A stretch of 64,000 bases of DNA from Rhodocyclaceae bacterium (GCA_003963315.1 RXJP01000035.1:14802-78801), one strand, 5' to 3'. Shown: positions 24,795 to 34,714, numbered from the stretch's first letter. The notes: generated by a model from the sequence alone, not told the origin. Program-made: numbers and translations.

Positions 24795-25462
24795 TGCGTA
24801 CCCGGCTCTCCACCTTCGCACTGATGGCGTTCTGCACCCTGGGTGCGGGACACGCGCCGACCGCCGTCGCCCAGGATGCTGTTGCCACCGAAGCCGCCCC
24901 CCAGGCAGCCATCCCGCTGGAGGATGGCCAATCCCTGCAACCCGGCGATGGCCTGGGCTGGAAGTGGGTAACCAACGGCGAGGTCAAACAAGTCATCCTG
25001 CCGGCCTTTCATCCCGAATGGTCGCATCCGATCCAAAGCGGCAACAACCTGGCCTACGTGGGGCTGACCAAAAATGGCGACCGCCATCAACTGGGGTGCA
25101 TCACGTACGATTTGGCCAAGGGCAAGGTACTCAATCGACAGGATTCGTCCCTGTTCGCCAGGGATGGCCAAGCGCTCTCATCGCCTCGCATCGATAACGG
25201 CGTCGCCACCTGCGTCCTCAAGGGCGAACGTTGCGGCAAGGACGGCGCCCGCTGCTCGGCAGCGGAAGAAACCGTGGCCCTTAACTTCCTGCCGGGTGCC
25301 TTGGCCAAGAAAGACCTGAAGGGCAAGAAGCACCACACCAAATCCCACGGCAAATCCCGCGCCGCCAATCTGGGGCACGCTTACCGCAAGCCCGTCACCC
25401 CAGAAGGCAAAGCCCGTTCCGCCTCCGCCCATTCCACCGCACGAAAGGCCGCCCACCCATGA
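24794..25462 (+). CDS. Hypothetical secreted protein with basic C-terminal tail
   Basis: 222 aa with signal peptide MRTRLSTFALMAFCTLGAGHA. Its start overlaps the leuS stop (TGATG) and its stop overlaps the lptE start (ATGA). No family recognised. Confidence 0.6.
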
Positions 25463-25971
25463 AAGCGTTCCGACTCCTGCTCCTGCTGGCGGCCACCGTG
25501 CTGCTCGGTGCCTGCGGCTTCCATCTGCGCAACAGCCAGGACCTGCCCTTCAAGACGCTCTACATCGCCCTGCCGGAAAGCAGCGATCTGCGGGCAACAT
25601 TGGCGCGCAACATCCGCGCCGGCAGCGCCACCGAAGTGGTGTCCGAGGACACCCAGGCGGACGCCATCCTCACCGTCACCGGCGACCTGCCGCGCAAGGT
25701 GATCCTCTCCCTCAACGCTTCCGGCCGTGTGCGGGAATTCCAGTTGATCCGCACCTTCAGCTTCCGCGTCCATGACAAACAGGGCCGCGACCTGATGGTG
25801 CCGGCCAAGATTGAAATCCGCCGCGACATCACCTACACCGACGACCTGGTGCTATCGAAGGAAGCGGAAGAAACCCTGCTCTGGCGCGACATGCAGACCG
25901 ACATGGTGCAGCAGGTGCTGCGTCGCTTGGCCACCGCCAAGGCCAAGCCCATCGACCCGGACCAGCAATAA
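25459..25971 (+). CDS. lptE: LPS-assembly lipoprotein LptE
   Basis: Lipobox LLGAC|GFHLR. Sits in the conserved leuS-lptE-holA position and matches the LptE/RlpB family over its length. Confidence 0.85.
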   Translation: MKAFRLLLLLAATVLLGACGFHLRNSQDLPFKTLYIALPESSDLRATLARNIRAGSATEVVSEDTQADAILTVTGDLPRKVILSLNASGRVREFQLIRTFSFRVHDKQGRDLMVPAKIEIRRDITYTDDLVLSKEAEETLLWRDMQTDMVQQVLRRLATAKAKPIDPDQQ

Positions 25972-25974
25972 ACC

Positions 25975-26988
25975 GTGCAGCTCCGGCCGGAACAACTCGC
26001 CGTCCATCTGGAAAAGCCCCTGGCGCCGCTCTACGTGGTACATGGGGACGAACCCCTGCTCACCATCGAGGCGGCGGATGCCATCCGCGCCGCGGCCCGC
26101 AAGCAGGGCTATGAAGAGCGCGAGGTTCTGGTGGCGGGTCCCGGCTTCCGCTGGGACGAACTGTTCATGGCCGCGGGCAATATGTCCCTCTTTGGCGGCT
26201 CGAAACTCATCGACCTGCGCATCCCCTCGGGCAAGCCCGGCCGCGACGGCGGCGAAGCCCTGCAAAAGCATTGCGACCAAGCCCTGAACGGCGGCCCCGG
26301 CCTGTCCACCCTGATCTCCCTGCCCCTGCTGGATTGGCAGGCGAAGAAGGCAAGCTGGTTCGTCAAGCTGCTGGACGCCGGCGTGGTACTGGAATGCAAT
26401 GCGCCGCCGCTACCCCAATTACCCGACTGGATCGCCACTCGCTTGGCACGGCAAAAGCAAAGCGCCAGCCGCGACGGCCTGGATTTCATCGCCAGCCACG
26501 TGGAAGGCAACCTTCTGGCGGCCCACCAGGAAATCCAAAAGCTGGGCCTGCTCTACCCGGAAGGCGCCCTTAGCCTGGAACAGATCGAGGACGCGGTGCT
26601 GGATGTGGCCCGCTTCGACGTAGACAAACTGCGCGCCGCGCTGCTGGCCGGTGACGCCGCCCGTTGCGGCCGCCTGCTGGACGGCCTGCGCGCCGAAGAC
26701 ACCGCACCGCCCTTGCTGCTCTGGGCGCTGACCTCGGAAATCCGCGCCCTGGCGCAAATCCGCAACGCCGTGGATCGCGGCCTGCCCATGGATGCCGCCA
26801 TGAAGGAAGCCAAGGTCTTCGGCCCGCGCCAGAACCCCCTGCGCGCCGCCGCCCAACGGGTCTCCGCCGTTGGCGCCCGCAATGCCCTGCTCCACGCAGC
26901 GCGCATCGACCGCATGATCAAGGGCCTGGTCCAGGGCGATATCTGGGATGAGTTCTTGCAGTTGTCGCTACGCTTAGGGAAACGCTGA
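25975..26988 (+). CDS. holA: DNA polymerase III delta subunit
   Basis: GTG start, 337 aa, LRPEQLAVHLEKPLAPLYVVHGDEPLL...SLFGGSKLIDLRIPSGKP. Confidence 0.88.
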   Translation: MQLRPEQLAVHLEKPLAPLYVVHGDEPLLTIEAADAIRAAARKQGYEEREVLVAGPGFRWDELFMAAGNMSLFGGSKLIDLRIPSGKPGRDGGEALQKHCDQALNGGPGLSTLISLPLLDWQAKKASWFVKLLDAGVVLECNAPPLPQLPDWIATRLARQKQSASRDGLDFIASHVEGNLLAAHQEIQKLGLLYPEGALSLEQIEDAVLDVARFDVDKLRAALLAGDAARCGRLLDGLRAEDTAPPLLLWALTSEIRALAQIRNAVDRGLPMDAAMKEAKVFGPRQNPLRAAAQRVSAVGARNALLHAARIDRMIKGLVQGDIWDEFLQLSLRLGKR

Positions 26989-27092
26989 TTAAGCTGATAC
27001 CGTTCGGGCTGAGCTAGTCGAAGCCCTGGGTTCCATGGAACTGCCCTTCGACAAACTCAGGGCGAACGGACTTGTTCCGCGTTTCCTTAGCG
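26971..27092. repeat. Intergenic repeat, family B (full palindromic copy)
   Basis: The arms CCGTTCGGGCTGAGCTAGTCGAAG (27000-27023) and CTTCGACAAACTCAGGGCGAACGG (27047-27070) are inverted complements. The outer pair CGCTTAGGGAAACGC / GCGTTTCCTTAGCG extends the hairpin over the holA stop. Confidence 0.65.
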
Positions 27093-27124
27093 AAGTAACA
27101 ACGCGGCATCGCAATCCGCATTCT

Positions 27125-27994
27125 TCATCGCCCCTGAACCTCCTCTCGATCCGCCCGCACTCGCAGATAGGACGCAAAGCGGGGCAGCCCCGAACTGGTC
27201 AGATCCCGGTAACGATAGGTCACCCATGCGCCCACCGGTGGCGGGTTGCGGCGATCCGCGTCACTGAAGCCCGTGCCCAACTTGAAGCGGCGGCCATCCT
27301 CGCTTTCCACCTGCAACGCGCCCAGCAGTCCCGAATACTTTCCTTGCCCCGGTACATGGGCCAGGACCTTGGCTTCGGCATCCAGATAGGGCTTCACTTT
27401 CAAGAGATCATCGCTGCGGCCGGGCCGATAGGGCGCATCACCCTTGTGCAGCACCAGGCCCTCGCCGCCGCCCTTCACCACCAGGCGCAGGCGGCGTTTC
27501 ACGTCCGCCGCCGTGGTGGCGGGGATCTGGGGAATCATCTGCACCCAAGGCTGACCGATGCGGGCCACCACGGCCTTCAACGCAGGCACCCGCTCCGTGA
27601 AGGGGCCGGGATGGCCGGGCAGATCGAACAACATGTAGTGCATGCGCTTCCAGGCCGTATCGTCCGGCACCTGGCTACGGACGGTGGACACCGCTTCGGC
27701 AAAGCGGCCCCGCCCGGCCCAGAGTTCGCCATCCAGGGGCTGATCCGGCCAGCCGGCGGTGAACCAGGCGGGCGCATTGATGACCGTGCCGCCCCGGGTC
27801 AGCAACTGCTTGCCGTCCCAATAGCCGCGCACGCCATCCAGCTTTTCGCTGAGCCAGTAGCCTGTGGGATCGCTATCGCCGTGCCAGATATTGGCCAGGG
27901 TGACGGCGGGCGGGGTCGGCGTTTCCGCCCCATGTAGCGCAGGCGGTAGCAGGAAGCACAGGCAGTACAGCAGGCGACGCAAGGCTGCCCTCAC
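27125..27994 (-). CDS. ligE: ATP-dependent DNA ligase, minimal periplasmic Lig E type
   Basis: Adenylation motif SEKLDGVRGYWDG (KxDG), an OB-fold C-terminus, and a predicted signal peptide RAALRRLLYCLCFLLPPALHG. I chose the GTG start at 27994, which gives a GTGA overlap with the upstream gene stop. Confidence 0.85.
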   Translation of the reverse strand: MRAALRRLLYCLCFLLPPALHGAETPTPPAVTLANIWHGDSDPTGYWLSEKLDGVRGYWDGKQLLTRGGTVINAPAWFTAGWPDQPLDGELWAGRGRFAEAVSTVRSQVPDDTAWKRMHYMLFDLPGHPGPFTERVPALKAVVARIGQPWVQMIPQIPATTAADVKRRLRLVVKGGGEGLVLHKGDAPYRPGRSDDLLKVKPYLDAEAKVLAHVPGQGKYSGLLGALQVESEDGRRFKLGTGFSDADRRNPPPVGAWVTYRYRDLTSSGLPRFASYLRVRADREEVQGR

Positions 27995-29415
27995 CACTTC
28001 ACCCGCGCTGTGTATTCCAGGGTCGCGCTCCCTTCGGCCGGGACAAGCACGTTCCATTGGGCGATGCGGGACGACGGCTTGCTGTGCTTCAGGCTTTCCT
28101 GGGTAATGTCCCAATCGCCGGGCAGGGGCTCCTGCACCTTGATGACGGCGCTTTCCGTCTTGGCATTGCGGATGACGATGCGATAGCTGGTTTCCACACT
28201 ACGGTCGCTGATGCGTTTGTAATTCGTCTGCGCCCGGTCGGCGGTGATGTCGAAGGCCTCGCCCAACTTGAGGCGCACGGTCTCGTGCTTCGCCGTGTGT
28301 TCGATGCGGTCCTCGCCGACGAACTGCGCCGCCCCCTGGCTGTCCCGGGCGTAGGCGCGCACGGTGCCGGCGGGGAGCGGTTTGCCCAGGTCGCCACCCT
28401 TGTTCTGGAAGGTCAGGAAAACGGCGGGATTGATCTTCTCGCCCAAGCTGTCGTAGCGCCCCTGGTAGTAATAGTCGGCCCCGGCCAGCACATACTCCCG
28501 TTCCGCCGGCACGTTGCTGGCGGAGAGCAGGGCCAGTTGCTTGGTCTGGTTTTCCGCCAGGGTGGTAGGCCGCTCGAAGGTGTACAGGTGGTAATCCATC
28601 AGTCCCTCTTCCCGGGGTGCGGCGGGCGCGGCCATCAGGGCGCGACCTACGGCCTTGGCCTCGAACATCGGCTGCCTGGGCGTCACCCGGTTCACCGTAC
28701 CGGCCACCAGTTGCAGATGGGCGTTTTCGTAGCTGACACCGCTGGCATTGGTCAGGGTGACCCAGCCGGAGAGATCGAGGGATTTGCCGTCGGCCGCCAG
28801 TTCGGCCACGTAGTCGGCCTTCCAGGAAAGGCCGCCGGTGAGGTAGGAAAGTTCCAGGGTCTGGTTGCCGCCGGCGCCATCGAACAGCACCGACAAGGTG
28901 GGCCGGTCGCGCAGATTGGGCGGCACGCTATCGTAGGCGATGCGCCCCGGCACGCCGGTTTCAATCCGGTCGGCGAAGCGCAGCACGGTCCCCTGACCGG
29001 CGGCCAACACGGTGGCCTTCTCCCGGGTCTCGGCGCCGGTGGCGGGATTGATGCGGATCACGCTCACTTCCCGGCCCACATATTTATCCAGCAGCTTTTG
29101 CGGTGTCAGCAGATCGAAATCGAAGTTCTGTTCCACCAGGGTGATGGGTTTGCCCGTCACTGCCCGCAACAGGGCGGTTTCGGGCTGCATCTGGGCCGAC
29201 ACTTCCCGCAGGGAAAGGCGCACCGGGCCGGTGGGCAGGGTGAGCATGCGCCTCTCCTTCACCAGGGCCAGGTTGTCGTTGTACACCGTTACCGCCGTGG
29301 ACAGACGGTCGGCCGCGAGGGAGGTGATGGCGGATTCCGCAGCCTGGGCCGGGGCAGCCAGCGCGGCCAGGCAGGCGGATAACAATATGGGGCGCAAGGG
29401 TTTCAGGGCTTTCAT
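27991..29415 (-). CDS. Secreted DUF4139-like protein
   Basis: 474 aa from the ATG 29415 with a GGAG RBS. Signal peptide MKALKPLRPILLSACLAALAAPAQA. The family call is from memory of DUF4139/MuiA-like proteins (..VTVYNDNLALVKERR..LSYLTGGLSWKADY..) and has not been checked. Confidence 0.75.
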   Translation of the reverse strand: MKALKPLRPILLSACLAALAAPAQAAESAITSLAADRLSTAVTVYNDNLALVKERRMLTLPTGPVRLSLREVSAQMQPETALLRAVTGKPITLVEQNFDFDLLTPQKLLDKYVGREVSVIRINPATGAETREKATVLAAGQGTVLRFADRIETGVPGRIAYDSVPPNLRDRPTLSVLFDGAGGNQTLELSYLTGGLSWKADYVAELAADGKSLDLSGWVTLTNASGVSYENAHLQLVAGTVNRVTPRQPMFEAKAVGRALMAAPAAPREEGLMDYHLYTFERPTTLAENQTKQLALLSASNVPAEREYVLAGADYYYQGRYDSLGEKINPAVFLTFQNKGGDLGKPLPAGTVRAYARDSQGAAQFVGEDRIEHTAKHETVRLKLGEAFDITADRAQTNYKRISDRSVETSYRIVIRNAKTESAVIKVQEPLPGDWDITQESLKHSKPSSRIAQWNVLVPAEGSATLEYTARVKW

Positions 29416-29560
29416 GGCATCTCCAATCAGGCGGAACAGGCCCCATGATGCCATGCTCATGGTGACAACCCTGTGCGCCATGAAGCGGCTTGGACAAGAG
29501 GGGCAGCGGTAGAATGGCGGGCTTCCATCCACATCGAACCGCTCCCGTTTGGGAATCGCC

Positions 29561-30832
29561 ATGGACATCACCGTTTACATGAACACCCTGGGCGTGGCTG
29601 CCCGTGCTGCCGCCACTGATATGGCCAAGGCCGGCACCCAGGCCAAGAACCAGACCCTGCTTGCCCTGGCCCGCCTGCTGCGGGAACAGACCGAGGCCTT
29701 GCAGGCGGACAACGCCAAAGATATCGCCGCCGCCGAAGCGGCCGGTCTGGCCGCGCCGCTGGTGGACCGGCTGCGCCTCACCCCCAAAGTGCTGGCCACG
29801 GTGGCCGAAGGTTGCGAGCAACTGGCCGCCATGCCCGATCCCGTCGGCGAGATCACCGGCGTCAAGCGCCGCCCCACCGGCATCAGCGTCGGCCAGATGC
29901 GGGTGCCCCTGGGCGTGTTCGGCATGATTTACGAGAGCCGGCCCAATGTCACCATCGAGGCGGCTTCCCTGGCCATCAAGAGCGGCAATGCTTGCATCCT
30001 GCGCGGCGGCTCGGAAGCCATTCATTCCAACGTGGCCCTGTGGAAGCTGGTGCAACAGGCCTTGGTGTCCGCCGGCTTGCCCGCCAGCGCCGTTCAGTTG
30101 GTGGAAACCACCGACCGCGCCGCCGTCGGCCGCCTGATTGCCATGCCCGAATTCGTGGATGTGATCATTCCCCGCGGCGGCAAGGGCCTGATCGAACGCA
30201 TCAGCGCCGAAGCCAAGGTGCCGGTGATCAAGCATCTGGACGGCAACTGCCACACCTATGTGGACGCCGAAGTGGATATCGAGAAGGCGCTGATCGTCAC
30301 CGACAACGCCAAGACGCAAAAGTACAGCCCCTGCAACGCCACCGAGTCGCTGCTGGTCCATGCTGCGTCGGCGGCCGCGTTCCTGCCCAGGATCGGCGCC
30401 ATTTTCGCCGCCAAGGGCGTGGAGATGCGTTGCGATGCAGCGGCCAAGGCCATCCTCGCCCAGGTGCCGGGCGCCCAGGTGGCGGATGCCACGGAAGAGG
30501 ACTGGCGCACCGAATATCTGGATGCCATCATCAGCGTCAAGGTGGTGAGCAACCTGGACGAAGCCATTGACCACATCAATCGCTACGGCTCCCACCACAC
30601 CGACGCCATCCTCACCACCAACCATCCCAACGCCATGCGCTTCCTGCGGGAAGTGGACTCGGCCTCGGTAATGATCAATGCCTCCACCCGCTTTGCCGAC
30701 GGCTTTGAATACGGCCTCGGCGCGGAGATCGGTATTTCCACCGACAAATTCCACGCCCGCGGCCCGGTGGGTCTGGAAGGCCTCACCAGCATGAAATGGG
30801 TGGTGCTGGGCGACGGCGAAATCCGCCAGTAA
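29561..30832 (+). CDS. proA: Gamma-glutamyl phosphate reductase
   Basis: [24 protein letters not shown]...[29 protein letters not shown]...[10 protein letters not shown]. Confidence 0.93.
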   Translation: MDITVYMNTLGVAARAAATDMAKAGTQAKNQTLLALARLLREQTEALQADNAKDIAAAEAAGLAAPLVDRLRLTPKVLATVAEGCEQLAAMPDPVGEITGVKRRPTGISVGQMRVPLGVFGMIYESRPNVTIEAASLAIKSGNACILRGGSEAIHSNVALWKLVQQALVSAGLPASAVQLVETTDRAAVGRLIAMPEFVDVIIPRGGKGLIERISAEAKVPVIKHLDGNCHTYVDAEVDIEKALIVTDNAKTQKYSPCNATESLLVHAASAAAFLPRIGAIFAAKGVEMRCDAAAKAILAQVPGAQVADATEEDWRTEYLDAIISVKVVSNLDEAIDHINRYGSHHTDAILTTNHPNAMRFLREVDSASVMINASTRFADGFEYGLGAEIGISTDKFHARGPVGLEGLTSMKWVVLGDGEIRQ

Positions 30833-30836
30833 AACC

Positions 30837-31550
30837 ATGGCGCAAGGCCCAGGGCAACAGGCGCGGCCCGTGATCAAAAAGCCCGCCGCCCTGGCGGAAG
30901 CCGTCACCGCCGCCTTGCAGCCCCTGGCCGACAAGGAACGGGCCGTGGCCATGGCGGCCTATATGCAGGAGCACTTCGCCTTTCTCGGCATCGCCACGCC
31001 CCGGCGGCGCAAGGCGGTGCACAGCCTGCTGCGCAGTTACGAAGGCGATCCGCTGGCAGCGGCGGACATCCTCTGGCATCGCCGCGAACGGGAATACCAG
31101 TATGTGGCCTGCGATCTGCTGGCCATGCGGGCCCAGACCCTGGCGCCCGACGCCCTGGAATTCCTCTTGGCCCTGGCCCAGCGCAAGTCCTGGTGGGACA
31201 CGGTGGACAACCTGGTCAAGGTCGCGGGTGTTCAGGTGCAGCGGCAACCGAGCCTCGCCGCACGTATGGATGCCTTGATCCACGACGAGGATTTCTGGCT
31301 GCGCCGTATCGCCCTGCTCCATCAACTGGGTTGGAAAGAAAAGACCGACGAGAAGCGCCTGTTCCGCTACTGCCTGCAACAGGCAGGCGAGAAAGAGTTC
31401 TTCATCCGCAAGGCCATCGGTTGGGCCCTGCGGGACTACGCCCGTCACGCGCCGGCTGCGGTGGCCGACTTTCTCGTCCACAATGGCGCGGTGCTCTCTC
31501 CCCTCTCGCGGCGGGAGGCGGGCAAGCATCTGCAAGGAGGCGAAGCATGA
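30837..31550 (+). CDS. DNA alkylation repair protein (AlkD/AlkC-like HEAT-repeat glycosylase family)
   Basis: ...MAAYMQEHFAFLGIATPRRR...WWDTVDNL...FFIRKAIGWALRDYAR is characteristic of the DNA_alkylation family. Confidence 0.8.
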   Translation: MAQGPGQQARPVIKKPAALAEAVTAALQPLADKERAVAMAAYMQEHFAFLGIATPRRRKAVHSLLRSYEGDPLAAADILWHRREREYQYVACDLLAMRAQTLAPDALEFLLALAQRKSWWDTVDNLVKVAGVQVQRQPSLAARMDALIHDEDFWLRRIALLHQLGWKEKTDEKRLFRYCLQQAGEKEFFIRKAIGWALRDYARHAPAAVADFLVHNGAVLSPLSRREAGKHLQGGEA

Positions 31551-32047
31551 ACAAGCATCCGGCCCCGCAACCCTGGCAGGCCGTCGTCGCGGCCCCGGGT
31601 TTTTGCCTGGGCATTCACTGCACCGAGGATGAAATCACCGACATCCATTTCATCGAAGCCCAAGCCGAGGTGGCGGCACTATTGCCCCTGGCCAAGGAAG
31701 CCGTGCGACAACTGCGCGCCTGGTTGAAAAATCCGGCCCACGACTTCACCCTGCCCCTGGCCCCGGCCGGCACCCATTTCCGGCGCCGGGTCTGGCAACA
31801 GATCGCGGCCATTCCGCCGGGGGAAACCCGCAGCTACGGCGACATCGCCAAGGCCATCGGCTCCGCGCCCCGAGCTGTGGGCGGCGCCTGCGGTGCGAAT
31901 CCCTATCCGGTGGTGGTGCCCTGCCACCGCGTCGTGGCGGCCAGCAACGGTTTCAACGGCGGCCTCGGCGGCTTCGCCCATCAACGCGGTGGTTTCCTGC
32001 TGGAGGTGAAACGCTGGCTGTTGGACCATGAACAAGGCCAACGCTGA
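31547..32047 (+). CDS. ogt: Methylated-DNA--protein-cysteine methyltransferase
   Basis: Active-site motif VPCHRVV, RSYGDIAKAIG helix. ATGA overlap with the upstream alkylation-repair gene. Confidence 0.88.
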   Translation: MNKHPAPQPWQAVVAAPGFCLGIHCTEDEITDIHFIEAQAEVAALLPLAKEAVRQLRAWLKNPAHDFTLPLAPAGTHFRRRVWQQIAAIPPGETRSYGDIAKAIGSAPRAVGGACGANPYPVVVPCHRVVAASNGFNGGLGGFAHQRGGFLLEVKRWLLDHEQGQR

Positions 32048-32948
32048 TCTCCTCGACGAATTCGTCGACACCCTCTGGCTGCGCGACGGCCTTTCCAAGA
32101 ACACCCTCGCCGCCTATCACAGCGACCTGACCCTATTCGCCCGCTGGTTGGCGGACACGCCCCTGCAAGCCGTGGGCGAAACGGAAATCAACGGCTATCT
32201 GGCCCATCTGCACCACCAGCCGACGCCGCCCAAATCCACCAGCCAACGCCGCCTGCTCTCGGCCCTGCGCCGCCTCTACGGCTGGCTGCTGGACGAAAAC
32301 CGGATCCAGTTGGACCCCTTGCTCAATATCCTGCCGCCGGCCCCGGCCAGCCGCTTTCCCAAGACGCTCTCCGAACAGCAGGTGGAAGCGCTCTTGGCCG
32401 CCCCCGACCTGGACACCCCCATCGGCCTGCGTGACCGGGCCATGCTGGAAGTGGTGTACGCCACCGGCCTGCGGGTATCGGAACTGGTGGGGCTGCGCCT
32501 GTTTGAAGTCAGCCTCGACGACGGCGTGCTGCGCACCTTCGGCAAGGGCGCCAAGGAAAGACTGGTGCCCCTGGGCGAAGTCGCCGTGGACTGGCTGCAA
32601 CGCTACCTGCTGGAGGCCCGCCCCCTGCTGTTGAAGGACAAGATCTGCGACGAAGTGTTCGTCACCGGCCGTCGGCAGAAGAACCAGGACGGCAGCGGCG
32701 CCATGACCCGGCAGATGGCCTGGGCCCTGATCAAGAAATACGCGGTGATCGCCGGCATTCCCCGGGAACGCATCTCTCCCCACGTCATGCGCCACGCCTT
32801 CGCCACCCACCTCCTCAACCATGGCGCCGACCTGCGGGTGGTGCAACTGCTGCTGGGCCATGCCGACATTTCCACCACCCAGGTGTACACCCACGTCGCC
32901 CGGGAACGGCTCAAGCAATTGCACCAAAGCCACCATCCCCGTGGTTGA
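32028..32948 (+). CDS. xerD: Site-specific tyrosine recombinase XerD
   Basis: 306 aa, DEFVDTLWLRDGLSKNTLAAYHSDL...GLRVSELVGL...HVMRHAFATHLLNHGADLRVVQLLLGHADISTTQVYTHV. Confidence 0.9.
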   Translation: MNKANADLLDEFVDTLWLRDGLSKNTLAAYHSDLTLFARWLADTPLQAVGETEINGYLAHLHHQPTPPKSTSQRRLLSALRRLYGWLLDENRIQLDPLLNILPPAPASRFPKTLSEQQVEALLAAPDLDTPIGLRDRAMLEVVYATGLRVSELVGLRLFEVSLDDGVLRTFGKGAKERLVPLGEVAVDWLQRYLLEARPLLLKDKICDEVFVTGRRQKNQDGSGAMTRQMAWALIKKYAVIAGIPRERISPHVMRHAFATHLLNHGADLRVVQLLLGHADISTTQVYTHVARERLKQLHQSHHPRG

Positions 32949-33028
32949 GCCTGCCGCGCGCCGCAACCATTACCTTTTGGTTTGACAGGGAAAAATGCGG
33001 CACCTATAATCCGGCCTCCTTTTTCTGG

Positions 33029-33104
33029 GGGTCGGTAGCTCAGTCGGTAGAGCAGCGGACTTTTAATCCGTTGGTCGCGAGTTCGAATCTCGCCCGACCC
33101 ACCA
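33029..33104 (+). tRNA. tRNA-Lys (anticodon UUU)
   Basis: GGGTCGGTAGCTCAGTCGGTAGAGCAGCGGACTTTTAATCCGTTGGTCGCGAGTTCGAATCTCGCCCGACCCACCA folds as a canonical cloverleaf. A TATAAT box lies at 33005-33010. Confidence 0.93.
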
Positions 33105-33151
33105 AAAAGCCAGGAAAAAACGGCGCGGCTTCCGTTATAATCCGCGCCCTC

Positions 33152-33227
33152 GGGCTGTTAGCTCAGTTGGTAGAGCAGCGGACTCTTAATCCGTAGGTCG
33201 AGTGTTCGAATCACTCACAGCCCACCA
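33152..33227 (+). tRNA. tRNA-Lys (anticodon CUU)
   Basis: GGGCTGTTAGCTCAGTTGGTAGAGCAGCGGACTCTTAATCCGTAGGTCGAGTGTTCGAATCACTCACAGCCCACCA. A TATAAT box lies at 33135-33140. Confidence 0.93.
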
Positions 33228-33243
33228 GTAAAATCAACAAGTT

Positions 33244-33277
33244 AGGCCAACTCTCCGGGGTTGGCCTTTTTGTTTTT
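33244..33277 (+). terminator. Rho-independent terminator after the tRNA-Lys pair
   Basis: AGGCCAAC-TCTCCGGG-GTTGGCCT followed by TTTTTGTTTTT. Confidence 0.8.
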
Positions 33278-33384
33278 GGCACCCGTGTAAGCCTCATGTA
33301 ACCCGTTTTGCACACTCTCAATCCATTTAAATCCATATCTGGAACTTGATTGACCACCTAATCCCGTCTCGCTAATCTGCCACT

Positions 33385-33732
33385 ATGAGTTCCTTTGCCG
33401 AGATTGATACTGAAACGATAGCTGCCACCCAGGCTTTTATAAAAGCAGTGGCTGGCCGCTATGCTTTCGCGGGCGCCATTCTCTTCGGCAGCCGAGCTCG
33501 GAAGTCCCATCGCCCAGACAGCGACGCCGATGTGGCGGTATTACTGCAAGGTCGCCCCGGGAAATTCGTTGCCACCAAGTTGGAAATGGACGATTTGGCT
33601 TACGACGTCCTTCTGGATACAGGTATCCGTATCCAGCCCTTACCAATCTGGGAAGAAGAGTGGCAGCATCCCGAAAACTATTCCAATCCCCGGCTACTGC
33701 AAAACATCGAGCGAGAGGGCATTCGACTTTGA
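33385..33732 (+). CDS. Minimal nucleotidyltransferase (MNT/MntA-type antitoxin)
   Basis: 115 aa with the GSxxR...DxD motif in ILFGSRARKSHRPDSDADVAV. Lower-GC region. Confidence 0.8.
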   Translation: MSSFAEIDTETIAATQAFIKAVAGRYAFAGAILFGSRARKSHRPDSDADVAVLLQGRPGKFVATKLEMDDLAYDVLLDTGIRIQPLPIWEEEWQHPENYSNPRLLQNIEREGIRL

Positions 33733-34115
33733 ACGCCCAAGCGCTAATGGCCAAAGCCATTCAGGCCTCCGTATCCGCCAAGGTACTACTGGATACGGGA
33801 GACGGTGATGGAGCATGCAACAGGGCTTACTACGCCATGTTCGACGCTGCCAGAGCCGCTCTACTGGCTTCAGGGGCTCCCGTTGAACCAGAGGTGGCTA
33901 AAACCCACAGTGGTTTAATTTCAGCCTTCAGTCTGCACTTGGTGAAAACGGGACGGGTTCCCATTGAACTGGGGAAGTCCATCAATAAAGTTGAAGATCT
34001 CCGCCTGATTGCAGACTACAAAGGTGATCAGATAAGCCAAGAGGATGCAGCATGGGCCGTTGCTCAAGCACAAACCTTTGTTCAGGCTATGCGGGTTACC
34101 TTCATATCGAAGTAA
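33729..34115 (+). CDS. HEPN-domain protein (HepT-type toxin partner of MNT)
   Basis: All-helical ~128 aa with ...NRAYYAMFDAARAALL...EDLRLIADYKG, HEPN PF05168-like. A TTG start at 33729 gives a TTGA overlap with the MNT stop. ATG at 33747 is the alternative. Confidence 0.7.
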   Translation: MNAQALMAKAIQASVSAKVLLDTGDGDGACNRAYYAMFDAARAALLASGAPVEPEVAKTHSGLISAFSLHLVKTGRVPIELGKSINKVEDLRLIADYKGDQISQEDAAWAVAQAQTFVQAMRVTFISK

Positions 34116-34423
34116 AAACAGCGAAGCTTGTGCTGGTTCATTTTCGAGGCTTTATACGGTTAAAAGCCGAAAAATGTGAATCAGGCAGATCATCGGCCTT
34201 AGCTGACAGTAATCTTCTAATAACAAATGGCCGGATTTGATGACAGACCGGCCTTTGCTATTTGGGCCTGGGAGCAAGGACTTTTGCTGGACCGCCACAT
34301 CCGCCATCCGAGGCAGCCCATCGTCGCTTGAAAGAGTAGCCTTCTAGGCATGAACGGCGCCGAGAATAAGCGCAGCTCGTTGGAAGGCGTCCATTTGATG
34401 GAATGGGCTAAGCATCCGCCCTC

Positions 34424-34714
34424 TTGCGGAAGAATTCAAAGTATTCAGCAAGTGTCGAGAGTGTTGAAGCCGCAATCGCGTGTACGTCGACCATCCTCTC
34501 CAATACAAACAGGGTTTCACAGGCGATTGGCGAGATATCGTCGGCATTGGCAGAGCAAAGCATTGCAACTCGGGAAGTATCCGAGCGAGTCGACTGGGTG
34601 CTGAATATGAGTAAAGAAAACTCGAATAATGCAGCGCAAACAGCAGATGTTTCCACGCGACTTATGTCCTTAGCCGAGGGACTCAAATTTGCCGCGGAGC
34701 GATTTAATGTATGA
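34424..34714 (+). pseudogene. C-terminal remnant of a methyl-accepting chemotaxis protein
   Basis: Only about 95 aa matching the end of an MCP signalling domain (..IGEISSALAEQSIATREVSERV...AAQTADVSTRLMSLAEGLKFAAERFNV). There is no ligand-binding, TM or HAMP region upstream, and the ORF opens at a TTG. Confidence 0.65.

Noticed and set aside
26989-27177. 62-aa ORF between holA and ligE
   Set aside because: It lies wholly within palindromic repeat family B (the FALSLSKG / FDKLRANG type translation), so it is a repeat-derived pseudo-ORF.
32028-33227. XerD next to the tRNA-Lys genes as the integrase of the downstream islet
   Set aside because: The protein is a full-length housekeeping XerD-type recombinase in an ogt-xerD operon upstream of the tRNAs. 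It is not inside the low-GC segment and is oriented away from a phage-integrase layout.
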